64,000 bases of DNA from Pseudomonadales bacterium (lineage in GTDB: Bacteria > Pseudomonadota > Gammaproteobacteria > Pseudomonadales > UBA3067): assembly GCA_040235475.1 (NCBI GenBank), contig JBECKY010000023.1:72-64071 (forward strand), written 5' to 3'. The notes beneath the pieces are model-generated. The model did not search any database, was not told the DNA's origin, and saw nothing but the letters and a program-made list of their open reading frames with translations. Made by a program: the position numbers and the translations under genes. Numbering within the stretch: position 1 is the stretch's first letter; each line of letters starts with the position of its first letter. Positions 39,371 through 49,174 of this stretch are shown here, piece by piece.

Positions 39371-40648
39371 GTGACTAGCACATTAATTGAACAAAAAAGT
39401 GAGCAAGGATCGGTACAGAATATCGTTATTTTGGGCTCGACAGGGTCCGTTGGCCAAAACACTCTGGATGTGCTTGCCTTGCACCCGGATCGTTATCGAG
39501 TGCATGCGCTAACCGCTAACAGCAGTGTTGAGCTGTTGCTTCAGCAATGCATAAAGTTTCAGCCTAAAATTGCTGTGCTTAGAGATGAAGTAGCGGCTGA
39601 AAAACTCTCGTATGAATTAAAAAAGCGGCAGCTTCCAGTTCAGGTTGAGTCGGGTGGTGCTGCGCTGGAAAATGTGGCCAGTAATGAGACTGTTGATGTT
39701 GTTATGGCTGCCATTGTGGGGGCTGCAGGTTTGTTGCCAACATTGGCCGCGGTAAAAGCGGGTAAACGCGTATTGTTGGCGAATAAAGAGACATTGGTGA
39801 TGTCGGGTCATCTCTTTATGTCTCTGGTTAGAGAAAATAATGCACGGCTACTGCCTATTGATAGCGAGCACAACGCCATTTTTCAGTGCATGCCTATGTC
39901 TGGTGTCAATGAGGAGCAGTGGCCAAAGGCTAGGCCAGCAGAGGCTTTGGCCAAGCGAGGGGTTCGGCGTATTCTACTTACCGCATCCGGAGGCCCCTTC
40001 CTAAACACGCCTCTTGAGCAGTTGGCCGATGTCACACCAGATCAGGCCTGTGCTCATCCCAATTGGGATATGGGTCGGAAAATTTCGGTAGATTCCGCCA
40101 CCATGATGAATAAAGGTTTAGAAGTTATTGAAGCGTGCTGGTTGTTTGACTCCAGCCCGGACCAGGTTGAAGTGGTGATCCATCCGCAAAGCGTTATCCA
40201 TTCTATGGTTGACTACCACGACGGTTCGGTATTGGCTCAACTGGGCAACCCAGATATGCGCACGCCGATTGCTTATGGACTGGCCTGGCCGGAAAGAATT
40301 GCCTCCGGTGTCTCACCATTGGATATCTTTAGTGCAAAACGCCTGGATTTTGCAAAACCCGATGTCAAGCGATTCCCCTGTTTGGCCTTGGCTTATCAGG
40401 CAATGAAGGTTGGCGGAATGGCCACCTGCACCTTAAATGCAGCCAATGAAGTGGCTGTGGATGCATTTCTTAATGAAAAAATTAAATTTACAGATATACC
40501 CTTGGTGATCGAAAAAGTTTTATCCGATATCACCGTTGAAGCTGCGACCAGTTTCGATCTGATTCTACAGAACGATCAATTGGCCAGGCAGCAAGCTGAT
40601 GAAATAGTGGCTGGGCTTGTGTCTGGCTATGCAGGGGCCAGTAAGTGA
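39371..40648 (+). CDS. dxr: 1-deoxy-D-xylulose-5-phosphate reductoisomerase
   Basis: A GTG at 39371 lies 5 nt after a GAGGAG SD; the ORF track starts at a TTG at 39359. Contains LGSTGSVG and [10 protein letters not shown]. Confidence 0.92.
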   Translation: MTSTLIEQKSEQGSVQNIVILGSTGSVGQNTLDVLALHPDRYRVHALTANSSVELLLQQCIKFQPKIAVLRDEVAAEKLSYELKKRQLPVQVESGGAALENVASNETVDVVMAAIVGAAGLLPTLAAVKAGKRVLLANKETLVMSGHLFMSLVRENNARLLPIDSEHNAIFQCMPMSGVNEEQWPKARPAEALAKRGVRRILLTASGGPFLNTPLEQLADVTPDQACAHPNWDMGRKISVDSATMMNKGLEVIEACWLFDSSPDQVEVVIHPQSVIHSMVDYHDGSVLAQLGNPDMRTPIAYGLAWPERIASGVSPLDIFSAKRLDFAKPDVKRFPCLALAYQAMKVGGMATCTLNAANEVAVDAFLNEKIKFTDIPLVIEKVLSDITVEAATSFDLILQNDQLARQQADEIVAGLVSGYAGASK

Positions 40649-42006
40649 TGGGCTTTCTGCAAAATACTCTCGCCCTGATTGTTACCCTGGGCGTACTTGT
40701 GACCATCCATGAGTACGGGCACTTTGCTGTGGCACGTTTAATGGGTATCAAAGTACTGCGTTTTTCCGTTGGTTTTGGTTCTCCTTTGTTAAAATGGCAG
40801 GATAAACACGGCACAGAGTTTGTTATTGCGGGCATTCCTCTGGGTGGTTACGTGCGTATGCTTGATGAGCGTGAAGGTGAGGTGCCGGTTGACCAGTTAC
40901 CCTTTGCATTTAATCGTAAACCTGTTTTGCAACGGATTGCAGTGGTAGCAGCAGGGCCCATTGTTAATCTGCTGTTTGCGGTGGTGGTCTATTGGGCCTT
41001 GTTTGTGTTCGGTGTAACCCATGCCATCCCCAAAGTGGGCGTGGTAAACCCAGATTCACCCGCAGCCGTGGCGGGACTGGAAACAGGTCAGGAAATAATA
41101 GCCATTGATGGCACGGAGGTTCAGACCTGGGAAAGTATAACCCTGGCTTTGGTGGCTCGATTTGGCGATACCGGTACAATAAATATTCGTGTTAAGTACC
41201 CGCAATCAAGCTATACCGATGATAAAACGGTGAAAGTGAATGACTGGATGGTGGGCAATGATGTAAAAGACCCTCTAGAGTTGTTGGGCTTTGAACCTTT
41301 TCGCCCGGTTTTGGATCCGGTTGTCGGGCAGGTGGTTGCTGATAAGCCGGCCTACCTGGCAGGTATGCAAATAAACGACCGTATTGTTGCTGTTAATGGT
41401 CAGCAAATTGACACCTGGGCTGACGCGGTTGAAATTTTAAAAAACAGTGCCGGGGAAAAAATTGCTTTAAGCGTCAATAGAGCTGGAGTGATTGAAACCT
41501 TGTCGTTGACACCAGAGCCAGTGATTCTGGAAGATGGCAGCAGCGTTGGACGTATCGGCATTATGCCCTACGTTCCTGAGGGTTTTGGCGACGACGAAGT
41601 CAGAGTTATCCGGTATTCGTTTTTTGCAGCCTGGGGGCCGGCTGTTCAAGAGGCCTGGAGTCGCAGCGTACTTACCCTGCATTCCATCTGGAAAATGCTA
41701 AAAGGCATTATTGCCATTGATAATCTCAGTGGGCCTATTACCATCGCCAAATTAGCCGGCACTACGGCTGGTTATGGGTTGGAGTCTTTTCTGGGGTTCC
41801 TGGCCTATTTGAGTATTAGCTTGGGAATTTTAAATTTATTACCCATTCCGGTATTGGACGGCGGTCATCTCATGTATTATGGCGTGGAATTATTAATTGG
41901 GCGGCCTATTCCTGAGCGAATTCAGCTGCTTGGCATTAAAATTGGTATGAGTTTGCTGTTTACCCTGATGGCCTTGGCTATCTATAATGATTTTTTGAGA
42001 TTGTAG
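40648..42006 (+). CDS. rseP: sigma-E protease regulator RseP (site-2 zinc metalloprotease)
   Basis: HEYGHF (HExxH), two PDZ-like regions, and NLLPIPVLDGGH. The ATG at 40648 overlaps the dxs-cluster gene dxr at its TGA stop; an alternative GTG lies at 40645. Confidence 0.92.
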   Translation: MGFLQNTLALIVTLGVLVTIHEYGHFAVARLMGIKVLRFSVGFGSPLLKWQDKHGTEFVIAGIPLGGYVRMLDEREGEVPVDQLPFAFNRKPVLQRIAVVAAGPIVNLLFAVVVYWALFVFGVTHAIPKVGVVNPDSPAAVAGLETGQEIIAIDGTEVQTWESITLALVARFGDTGTINIRVKYPQSSYTDDKTVKVNDWMVGNDVKDPLELLGFEPFRPVLDPVVGQVVADKPAYLAGMQINDRIVAVNGQQIDTWADAVEILKNSAGEKIALSVNRAGVIETLSLTPEPVILEDGSSVGRIGIMPYVPEGFGDDEVRVIRYSFFAAWGPAVQEAWSRSVLTLHSIWKMLKGIIAIDNLSGPITIAKLAGTTAGYGLESFLGFLAYLSISLGILNLLPIPVLDGGHLMYYGVELLIGRPIPERIQLLGIKIGMSLLFTLMALAIYNDFLRL

Positions 42007-42089
42007 ATAAATCCGTATAGGGGTGTTTGGGGGCTTGTTAATGACAGCAGATAACACAGTGATAAAAAATTGGTGTAAGAAAATAGCTC

Positions 42090-44552
42090 ATGAAACAATT
42101 TTTAGCGGTACTGATTTTAGTTTTTACACTGATCTCCACTCCTGCATTTTCCCAGTCGTTTTACGTGTCAGATATTCGTGTTGAAGGTTTGCAACGAGTA
42201 TCGGCCCACGCCTTGTTTTCAGAGTTCCCCATTAATGTTGGCGATGAGGTAAACAGCGCTATATTGCGGCGTGCCACAAGCCTGTTGTTTAGAACCGGTA
42301 ATTTTGATGATATTGAATTACTGCGTGACGGCGATGTGCTAATCATAAAAGTCGTTGAGCGGCCCTCAATCAGCAGTATAAAAATTGCAGGCAACGAAAC
42401 TTTGCCAACCGAAGTGTTGATGAACGCGCTGAAACAGTCGGGTTTGTCAGAGGGTGAGATTTTTAAGCGTGCCACTCTGGATCGAATCCATTTAGAGCTT
42501 GAACGCCAATATACCGGCCAAGGCCGCTACGGCGCAAAAATTGTCGCAGAAGTTAAGGAAGAGAGCCGAAACAGGGTGGCCTTGAGTATCAATATCACCG
42601 AAGGCGATGTGGCGAGTATTCTGCACATCAATATATTGGGCAATAAAGTTTTTAGCGATGCCGAACTACTGGATAACTTTGAGCTGAGCACTCCGGGTTT
42701 CTGGTCGTTTTTCAAAAAAGATGATTTATATGCCCGGGAAAAATTAAGCGGCGACCTGGAAACTTTACGCTCTTATTACCTTGACCGGGGTTATATAAAT
42801 TTTAGCATTGAGTCCACCCAAGTCACTATCAGCCCGGATAAACAGGATGTTTATTTGACGGTTAATATCGTTGAAGGTGAAAAGTACACCGTGAGTGATG
42901 TCAAGGTGGCTGGTGAGCTTCCGGTGGACGAGGTAACTATCAAAGCCTTAATTGTGATGAGGCCCGGTGCTTTCTTTTCAAACCGTATGGTGACCGCCAG
43001 TAGTGATTTAATCTCCAAGCGGCTCGGTAATGAGGGTTATATCTTTGCCAAAGTGAATGGCATTCCCGATGTCAACGAAGAAGATAAGACCGTGGACATA
43101 ACCTTTTTTGTTGATCCAGGAGAACGTACTTATGTGCGGAGGATTAACTTTGTCGGTAATACCAAAACCGCTGATGAGGTTTTGCGCAGAGAAATGCGGC
43201 AAATGGAAGGTGCATGGGCATCGGGCCACCAAATTGAGCAGTCCAAAGCACGCCTCAATCGCTTAGGCTTTTTTAAAGAAGTGGATGTTGATACCCCCCG
43301 GGTGCCAGGTACCAGAGATCAGATTGATGTTAATTATGTTGTTGAGGAAGGAAACTTTGGCGAGCTAAGTGCCAGCGTCGGCTACTCCGGTGGCAGTGGC
43401 GGGCTTATTCTCAGTGCCAGCCTGAGCCAAAATAATTTCCTTGGATCCGGTAACAGGGTATCTGTGGGCCTTAATAGAAGTGAATTTCAGGACAATTATA
43501 ATTTTTCTTTTGACAACCCCTATTACACCGTGGATGGTGTGAGCCGAGGTTTTAACCTGTTTTTTAGGGAAACCGATTATGAAGAAGGCAATGGCCCGAG
43601 TACAGTCACCAACAGTTTTGGTGGCGCCGTCACTTATGGCTACCCTATTAGTGAAATTGAGCGGCTGCGGTTTTCATTTGGCTATACCAACACCGAGATT
43701 CTTCAGCGCAGTGATACTTTTTTCGTTGCTGAAATCAGGGATTTTCTGGAAGAGCAGGATAATTTTGATACTATAACAGCGACCGGTGCCTGGAGTAAGA
43801 GCACCCTGAACAGGGGCCTTTTCCCTGATCGCGGTGCGTCACAAACCTTCGGCCTCGAGGTCAGTTTGCCTGGAATCAGTGAGCTTGAATATTTTAGACT
43901 GTCCTACTCAGGGCAAAAATACTATCCCTTATCAAGTATTTTGCCAAAACAGAGATTTATTTCGGGCGCAGATAGTTGGGCCTTAAGGTTCAAAACAGAG
44001 CTGGGTTTTGGTGACGGCTATGGGGACAGTGAATTCTTGCCGTTTTTTCAGCATTACCGGTCAGGCGGCTTTGGTTCAGTGCATGGTTATCGGCAGAATA
44101 CCCTGGGGCCGAAAAGTTCGGAAATTGCAGTTTTTAATCCTGTAACTACAGGGCTTGTCTGTGCCGGATTATCCGGCCCGGCAGATATAAATGGAAATAT
44201 TGAATGCGTAACCGATCAAGACCCCTTCGGTGGTAATGTCCTGATTGAAGCTAGCGCTGAGCTTATATTTCCGGTACCTTTTGTCAAGGATAAAAGATCG
44301 TTCCGTTCAGCATTTTTCCTGGATACAGGCAATGTGTTTGATAGTAAGCGGCGAGCATACAATGTGACAACTCGTAGTTTTGATGGTAATGAATTTAATC
44401 CCGATTTTAATGAGTTGCGTTATTCGTTTGGATTCGGTTTAACCTGGGTGACCGCGATTGCACCCTTGTCTTTTGTAGTGGCGGTGCCCTTTGGGGATGA
44501 GCCTGAAGACAGCACCAAAACCTTTCAGTTTGAGTTAGGCAGGGTTTTTTAA
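42090..44552 (+). CDS. bamA: outer membrane protein assembly factor BamA
   Basis: 820 aa. Signal peptide, POTRA repeats, and a C-terminal barrel ending in ...FQFELGRVF with an aromatic terminus. Confidence 0.95.
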   Translation: MKQFLAVLILVFTLISTPAFSQSFYVSDIRVEGLQRVSAHALFSEFPINVGDEVNSAILRRATSLLFRTGNFDDIELLRDGDVLIIKVVERPSISSIKIAGNETLPTEVLMNALKQSGLSEGEIFKRATLDRIHLELERQYTGQGRYGAKIVAEVKEESRNRVALSINITEGDVASILHINILGNKVFSDAELLDNFELSTPGFWSFFKKDDLYAREKLSGDLETLRSYYLDRGYINFSIESTQVTISPDKQDVYLTVNIVEGEKYTVSDVKVAGELPVDEVTIKALIVMRPGAFFSNRMVTASSDLISKRLGNEGYIFAKVNGIPDVNEEDKTVDITFFVDPGERTYVRRINFVGNTKTADEVLRREMRQMEGAWASGHQIEQSKARLNRLGFFKEVDVDTPRVPGTRDQIDVNYVVEEGNFGELSASVGYSGGSGGLILSASLSQNNFLGSGNRVSVGLNRSEFQDNYNFSFDNPYYTVDGVSRGFNLFFRETDYEEGNGPSTVTNSFGGAVTYGYPISEIERLRFSFGYTNTEILQRSDTFFVAEIRDFLEEQDNFDTITATGAWSKSTLNRGLFPDRGASQTFGLEVSLPGISELEYFRLSYSGQKYYPLSSILPKQRFISGADSWALRFKTELGFGDGYGDSEFLPFFQHYRSGGFGSVHGYRQNTLGPKSSEIAVFNPVTTGLVCAGLSGPADINGNIECVTDQDPFGGNVLIEASAELIFPVPFVKDKRSFRSAFFLDTGNVFDSKRRAYNVTTRSFDGNEFNPDFNELRYSFGFGLTWVTAIAPLSFVVAVPFGDEPEDSTKTFQFELGRVF

Positions 44553-44654
44553 GGCGCTTTTCAGTTCACAAGCTGAGGTGATGTCAGTCGTCCGTCAATG
44601 GGATGAAAAATTGAATAATGTCAAAAAGTTTTCAAGCAACCTGAGGAGAAGACA

Positions 44655-45167
44655 GTGAATAAAATAGTAACCATATTAGGTGTTGTATTAGTGCTTGTTG
44701 CATCATCTGCATACGCTGAAAAAACTAAAATAGCTGTTGTTGACTTACAGTCGGCAGTAGCCGGCTCTGAAGAAGTGAAAGCCATTTCGGAACTATTAAG
44801 AGCTGAGTTTAAAGAGGAAGATGGTAAAATCAGAGCCTTGCAGGCTCAACTGCAAGCCTTGCAGGAAAAACAGCAGAAAGATGGGGCCGTTATGAGTGAG
44901 GCTGAAAATAGAAAGCTTATGGAGGACGGTACGCGTTTGGCCAATGAGCTTAAATTTCTCTCACAAGAATCCCAGCGTCAATTAGGCGCTCGCCAAAAAG
45001 AATTAATCGGACCTATTTTGCAAAGAGCTCAAAAGGCAGTGCAAGATGTTATTAAAGAAGGTGGTTATACGCTGGTGTTACACCGCGAAGCGGTTGTTGA
45101 GTTTTCACCGGAAATGGATATTAGCAAGCAAGTGACCGCCAAGCTGAATGATTCAGGAAAAAAATAA
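44655..45167 (+). CDS. skp: periplasmic chaperone Skp (OmpH)
   Basis: 170 aa. GTG start with a GAGGAG SD. Signal peptide ending SSAYA-EK. Coiled-coil-rich. Located between bamA and lpxD. Confidence 0.85.
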   Translation: MNKIVTILGVVLVLVASSAYAEKTKIAVVDLQSAVAGSEEVKAISELLRAEFKEEDGKIRALQAQLQALQEKQQKDGAVMSEAENRKLMEDGTRLANELKFLSQESQRQLGARQKELIGPILQRAQKAVQDVIKEGGYTLVLHREAVVEFSPEMDISKQVTAKLNDSGKK

Positions 45168-45226
45168 GTCTGGGTCTATGTTGAGTCTATGAGTATGGCG
45201 CCATTATCAAACGGGGCTGGTTAAAG

Positions 45227-46270
45227 ATGGGCGATACGGCTTCTGAGGCTGAAAAAAAATGTAGCTGGACCTTGGGTTCACTGGCCAAAGCGATAGGTGC
45301 AAAGCTGGAAGGTGATGAAGGTATCCTTATAAACGGCCTGGCTACATTGAAGCAGGCGCAGCCAGGCCAGCTTGGATTTTTGGCTAACCCACAATATAGA
45401 AATCAATTACACACAACCCAGGCATCGGCTGTTATTATTGCGCCAGAAATGAAAGATGAATGTTCTGTCGCTGCCTTGTTAATGCCTAACCCCTACCTGG
45501 GTTATGCAAAGGCATCACGGCTTTTTGATCGAAAACCGGTTCCTGAAGCAGGCTTTGTTCATCCCAGTGCGGTGGTCGCGCCAAGTACCAGGATACATGC
45601 CTCAGTTCACATAGGTGCAAATGCAGTTGTAGAAGATCGTGCCCACTTGTCTGAAGGGGTTAAAATTGGCCCTGGTTGTGTGGTCGGTGCTGACACAAAA
45701 ATCGGTGCCGGTAGCTTCTTGTTTGCCAATGTTACGTTATATCATCAAGTTAAAATTGGTGCCCGCTGTGTGTTACACAGTGGTGTGGTGATTGGCGCTG
45801 ATGGTTTTGGTTTTGCAAATGATCAAGGGCGTTGGGAAAAAATTGCCCAGCTTGGCCGGGTTTGTATTGGTGATGATGTGGAAATTGGCGCCGGCACTAC
45901 TATTGATCGTGGCGCCTTAGACGATACAGTCATTGGCCATGGCGTTATCCTGGATAATCAGGTGCAGATTGCACACAATGTTAAAATAGGCAATCACACC
46001 GCAATTGCCGGATGTAGTGCGATAGCGGGCAGTACCGTTATTGGTGAATACTGTACCATAGCAGGTGCAGTCGGTGTGGTTGGCCATATCAGCATTGCTG
46101 ATCGTGTGCACATTACCGCGATGACCTTGGTGACTAAATCGGTAACAAAGGCAGGTGTTTATTCTTCTGGTACCGGTATGGATGCCCATGAATCGTGGAA
46201 AAAAAATGCGGTTCGCTTCCGCCAATTAGATAATATGGCCCGATGTATAAAAAAACTGGAAAAGAAATAA
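45227..46270 (+). CDS. lpxD: UDP-3-O-acylglucosamine N-acyltransferase
   Basis: 347 aa with left-handed beta-helix hexapeptide repeats. Conserved position before fabZ. Confidence 0.92.
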   Translation: MGDTASEAEKKCSWTLGSLAKAIGAKLEGDEGILINGLATLKQAQPGQLGFLANPQYRNQLHTTQASAVIIAPEMKDECSVAALLMPNPYLGYAKASRLFDRKPVPEAGFVHPSAVVAPSTRIHASVHIGANAVVEDRAHLSEGVKIGPGCVVGADTKIGAGSFLFANVTLYHQVKIGARCVLHSGVVIGADGFGFANDQGRWEKIAQLGRVCIGDDVEIGAGTTIDRGALDDTVIGHGVILDNQVQIAHNVKIGNHTAIAGCSAIAGSTVIGEYCTIAGAVGVVGHISIADRVHITAMTLVTKSVTKAGVYSSGTGMDAHESWKKNAVRFRQLDNMARCIKKLEKK

Positions 46271-46395
46271 ACATGAACAACGCTGATTCATTCAAGACTG
46301 AACGAGTCAGTGTTTCCCTGAAAAAAGCATAACCAAAGCAGATGCTTTAGGTGATGACTTTTTCAGGATTAACTAAATACCCACAGGGCAAAACC

Positions 46396-46833
46396 ATGAT
46401 GGATGTAAACGAGATCAGAGAATACCTGCCGCACCGCTACCCTTTTTTATTAGTAGACAGAGTTGTTGAGTTGCATAAAGGTGTGTCAATCGTTGCGTAT
46501 AAAAATATCAGTATCAATGAGCAGGTGTTTGAAGGGCATTTCCCTGATTTCCCAATTTTTCCTGGAGTGTTGATCATTGAAGCCATGGCGCAGGCTGCCG
46601 GTATACTTGGCTTTAAAACCATGGATAAAAGGCCTGAGGATGGTTCTATTTATATGTTTGTCGGTGCCGATAATGTTCGCTTTAAACGCCAGGTAGTGCC
46701 TGGTGATCAGTTGCAGCTGGAAGCAAGCATTGCCGCTGAAAAAAGAGGCATCTGGAAATTCGAATGTAAATCATCGGTGAACGGTGAATTGGCAGCTTCT
46801 GCCACCATTCTCTGTGCAGATAGAAAGGTATAA
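46396..46833 (+). CDS. fabZ: 3-hydroxyacyl-ACP dehydratase FabZ
   Basis: The start is trimmed to the ATG at 46396 ([23 protein letters not shown]). Active-site block [20 protein letters not shown]. Confidence 0.95.
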   Translation: MMDVNEIREYLPHRYPFLLVDRVVELHKGVSIVAYKNISINEQVFEGHFPDFPIFPGVLIIEAMAQAAGILGFKTMDKRPEDGSIYMFVGADNVRFKRQVVPGDQLQLEASIAAEKRGIWKFECKSSVNGELAASATILCADRKV

Positions 46834-46835
46834 GG

Positions 46836-47606
46836 TTGATTCACCCCCAAGCCATTGTTGACCCTAAAGCCAGTCTGGCAGCCAATGTAGAGGTTGGCCC
46901 CTGGACGTTTATTGGGCCCGATGTAGAAATTGATGAAGGTACGGTCATTGGCTCTCATGTTGTAATCCGGGGGCCGACAAAAATTGGCAAGCACAATAAA
47001 ATTTTTCAATTTGCCTCCATCGGTGAAGATTGTCAGGACAAAAAATATCGAGGTGAACCCACCCGCCTGGAAATTGGTGACCACAATATCATTCGTGAAG
47101 GCGTTACCATTCATCGTGGGACAGTGCAGGATAAAAGCCTTACCCTGATAGGGGATGACAATCTATTTATGGCTTATGTTCACATTGGTCATGATTGCCA
47201 AGTGGGGAGCCACACTGTTTTTGCAAACAATGCAGCCATTGCCGGGCATGTCATAGTTGGCGATTATGCCATTTTAGGTGGTTATACCAATATCCACCAA
47301 TTTTGCCAGATGGGCCCCTATTCCATGTCCAGCATTGCTTCAGTTATAGTTAAAGATGTACCGGCATTCTTAATGGTACAAGGTAATAATGCCAAAGCCC
47401 ATGGGATGAACTTTGAGGGTATGCGTCGCAAGGGCTTCACTAAGGACGAAATAGACAATTTGCGACAGGCTTATAAAATAGTTTACCGTCAGGGACTGAC
47501 CCTCACCGAAGCGGTTGATAAGCTGGATCAGGAATACAGTGCTTGCGAGAAAACCGCCTTGTTTGTGAAAACCCTGAAAAATTCTACCCGCGGCATTATT
47601 CGCTAG
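46836..47606 (+). CDS. lpxA: acyl-ACP--UDP-N-acetylglucosamine O-acyltransferase
   Basis: 256 aa. TTG start 3 nt after the fabZ stop; no in-frame ATG fits the homolog N-terminus. Hexapeptide repeats are present. Confidence 0.92.
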   Translation: MIHPQAIVDPKASLAANVEVGPWTFIGPDVEIDEGTVIGSHVVIRGPTKIGKHNKIFQFASIGEDCQDKKYRGEPTRLEIGDHNIIREGVTIHRGTVQDKSLTLIGDDNLFMAYVHIGHDCQVGSHTVFANNAAIAGHVIVGDYAILGGYTNIHQFCQMGPYSMSSIASVIVKDVPAFLMVQGNNAKAHGMNFEGMRRKGFTKDEIDNLRQAYKIVYRQGLTLTEAVDKLDQEYSACEKTALFVKTLKNSTRGIIR

Positions 47607-47649
47607 CACGCTGTTGGCAAACGTTCCTCCCACTTCACTGAAAACCACC

Positions 47650-48843
47650 ATGCCAGAAAAAAAAGCAATTAAAACACCGGTGTTCGCTATGGTAGCGGGC
47701 GAAATGTCTGGCGACTTGCTGGGGGCGGGACTCATCAGGGAGTTGAAGAAAGCTTACCCCAATGCCCATTTCGTCGGTATTGGCGGAAAAAAAATGCAAG
47801 CTGAGGGTTTTGAATCCTTGTTTCCCATGGAAAGGCTTGCTGTCATGGGTATTGTCGATGTGCTAGGTAGCTTGTTTGAATTATTAAAAATTCGCCGCCA
47901 GCTTAAACAGTATTTTTTAGATAATAAGCCGGATGTTTTTATCGGTATTGATGCGCCGGATTTCAACCTCGATCTGGAAGCTAAATTAAAAACAGCAGGC
48001 ATTAAGACTGTGCATTATGTCAGCCCTTCAGTGTGGGCCTGGCGCCAGGGGCGAATAAAAAAAATTGCCGTATCAGTGGACCTTATGCTGACGCTCCTGC
48101 CATTCGAGGCAAAATTCTACCAGGATCATGGTGTTCCTGTTCAATTTGTCGGGCACCCGCTGGCCGATCAAATACCTATCGAAGTTGATCAAACAAAAGC
48201 CCGGCAACAATTGGGCTACCAGAATGATGATCGCCTGATTGCGATACTTCCCGGTAGTAGACGTGGCGAATTAAAATTTCTTGGGCCGGTATTCTGCGAT
48301 ACCTTGTCAGCATTAATGAGCAAAGATCCGACATTGAACTTTGTTATACCCGCAGCAAACGATAAACGAAAACAAGAAATTGAAAGCCTGCTTGATGAAA
48401 GAAATCTGCCGTATGGGAAAAGTGACCCGCTAAATAAAATAAAAGTTATTCCAGGGCAGGCGCAAACAGCCATGGCTGCAGCCGATGCCGTACTTCTGGC
48501 ATCCGGTACCGCCACGCTTGAAGCCATGTTGTTAAAAAAACCCATGGTAGTGGCTTATAAATGGAGCAGGTTCACTCACGCTATTATTTCAAGAATGGTT
48601 AAAACGCCGTTTGTTTCTTTGCCAAATTTATTGGCGAATAAAATGTTGGTGGAAGAGTTGATTCAGGAAAAGGCCAATGTAGCAAGTCTGTTGCCGGCAT
48701 TGGAGAATGTATTAAACAACGAGAAAAATAAATTAATTAAGGAAGAATTTACTCGCCTGCATCAGAGTATCCGTTGTGGTGGCGATGAAAAGGCAGCGGC
48801 AGCAGTCAATGCTTTACTTATTAACCAGGCGATTAAAATCTGA
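47650..48843 (+). CDS. lpxB: lipid-A-disaccharide synthase
   Basis: The start is trimmed to the ATG at 47650 (MPEKKAIKTPVFAMVAGEMSGDLLGAGL); the ORF track starts at a TTG at 47614. Confidence 0.9.
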   Translation: MPEKKAIKTPVFAMVAGEMSGDLLGAGLIRELKKAYPNAHFVGIGGKKMQAEGFESLFPMERLAVMGIVDVLGSLFELLKIRRQLKQYFLDNKPDVFIGIDAPDFNLDLEAKLKTAGIKTVHYVSPSVWAWRQGRIKKIAVSVDLMLTLLPFEAKFYQDHGVPVQFVGHPLADQIPIEVDQTKARQQLGYQNDDRLIAILPGSRRGELKFLGPVFCDTLSALMSKDPTLNFVIPAANDKRKQEIESLLDERNLPYGKSDPLNKIKVIPGQAQTAMAAADAVLLASGTATLEAMLLKKPMVVAYKWSRFTHAIISRMVKTPFVSLPNLLANKMLVEELIQEKANVASLLPALENVLNNEKNKLIKEEFTRLHQSIRCGGDEKAAAAVNALLINQAIKI

Positions 48844-48902
48844 CGGCATTAGGCGAAAGCCTCCCTTGGTCTTCGACCGATGGTGATGCCCTGCGTCACA
48901 CT

Positions 48903-48934
48903 ATTAACCCGGCAGTAATAATTGCCGGGTTAAT
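48903..48934 (+). terminator. perfect 12-bp hairpin after lpxB (possible terminator or RNA element)
   Basis: ATTAACCCGGCA (48903-48914), an 8-nt loop, then TGCCGGGTTAAT (48923-48934). No T-tract follows. Confidence 0.4.
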
Positions 48935-49174
48935 AGTAAACCCTGAAGAAATATTCTCCTAAAGGCGCCTGCTGCTGGTCTATGACTTTTTGGGTGCTCA
49001 CATTTTCCCAATGGGCCCTTGGTGGCACTTCCAGCGCTTAGGGTAATTTGTCTGAATTGATACAAGTGGCTTCCAGTTCCATGGTGAATTTGGGCTGGTC
49101 AAGGCTTTGCTGTAAACTCTACTTTGGCAGTTCTAAAAGCCATCAATTCAACATCTCCAATTGTGGTATTAGTG

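Noticed and set aside
44100-44230. A two-cysteine insertion in a BamA surface loop (VCAGLSGPADINGNIECVTDQDPFGGN), considered as an unusual feature.
   Set aside because: E. coli BamA loop 6 also carries a cysteine pair in the equivalent region after the conserved R-G-F/Y motif, so this is an ordinary family feature.
49023-49037. Sigma-54-like element TGGCAC-N5-GCGC with canonical GG/GC spacing, about 140 nt upstream of dnaE.
   Set aside because: The -12 element lacks the TT of TTGC. No enhancer-like palindromes are nearby. An RpoN-dependent dnaE has no biological precedent that I know of. It is most likely a chance match.
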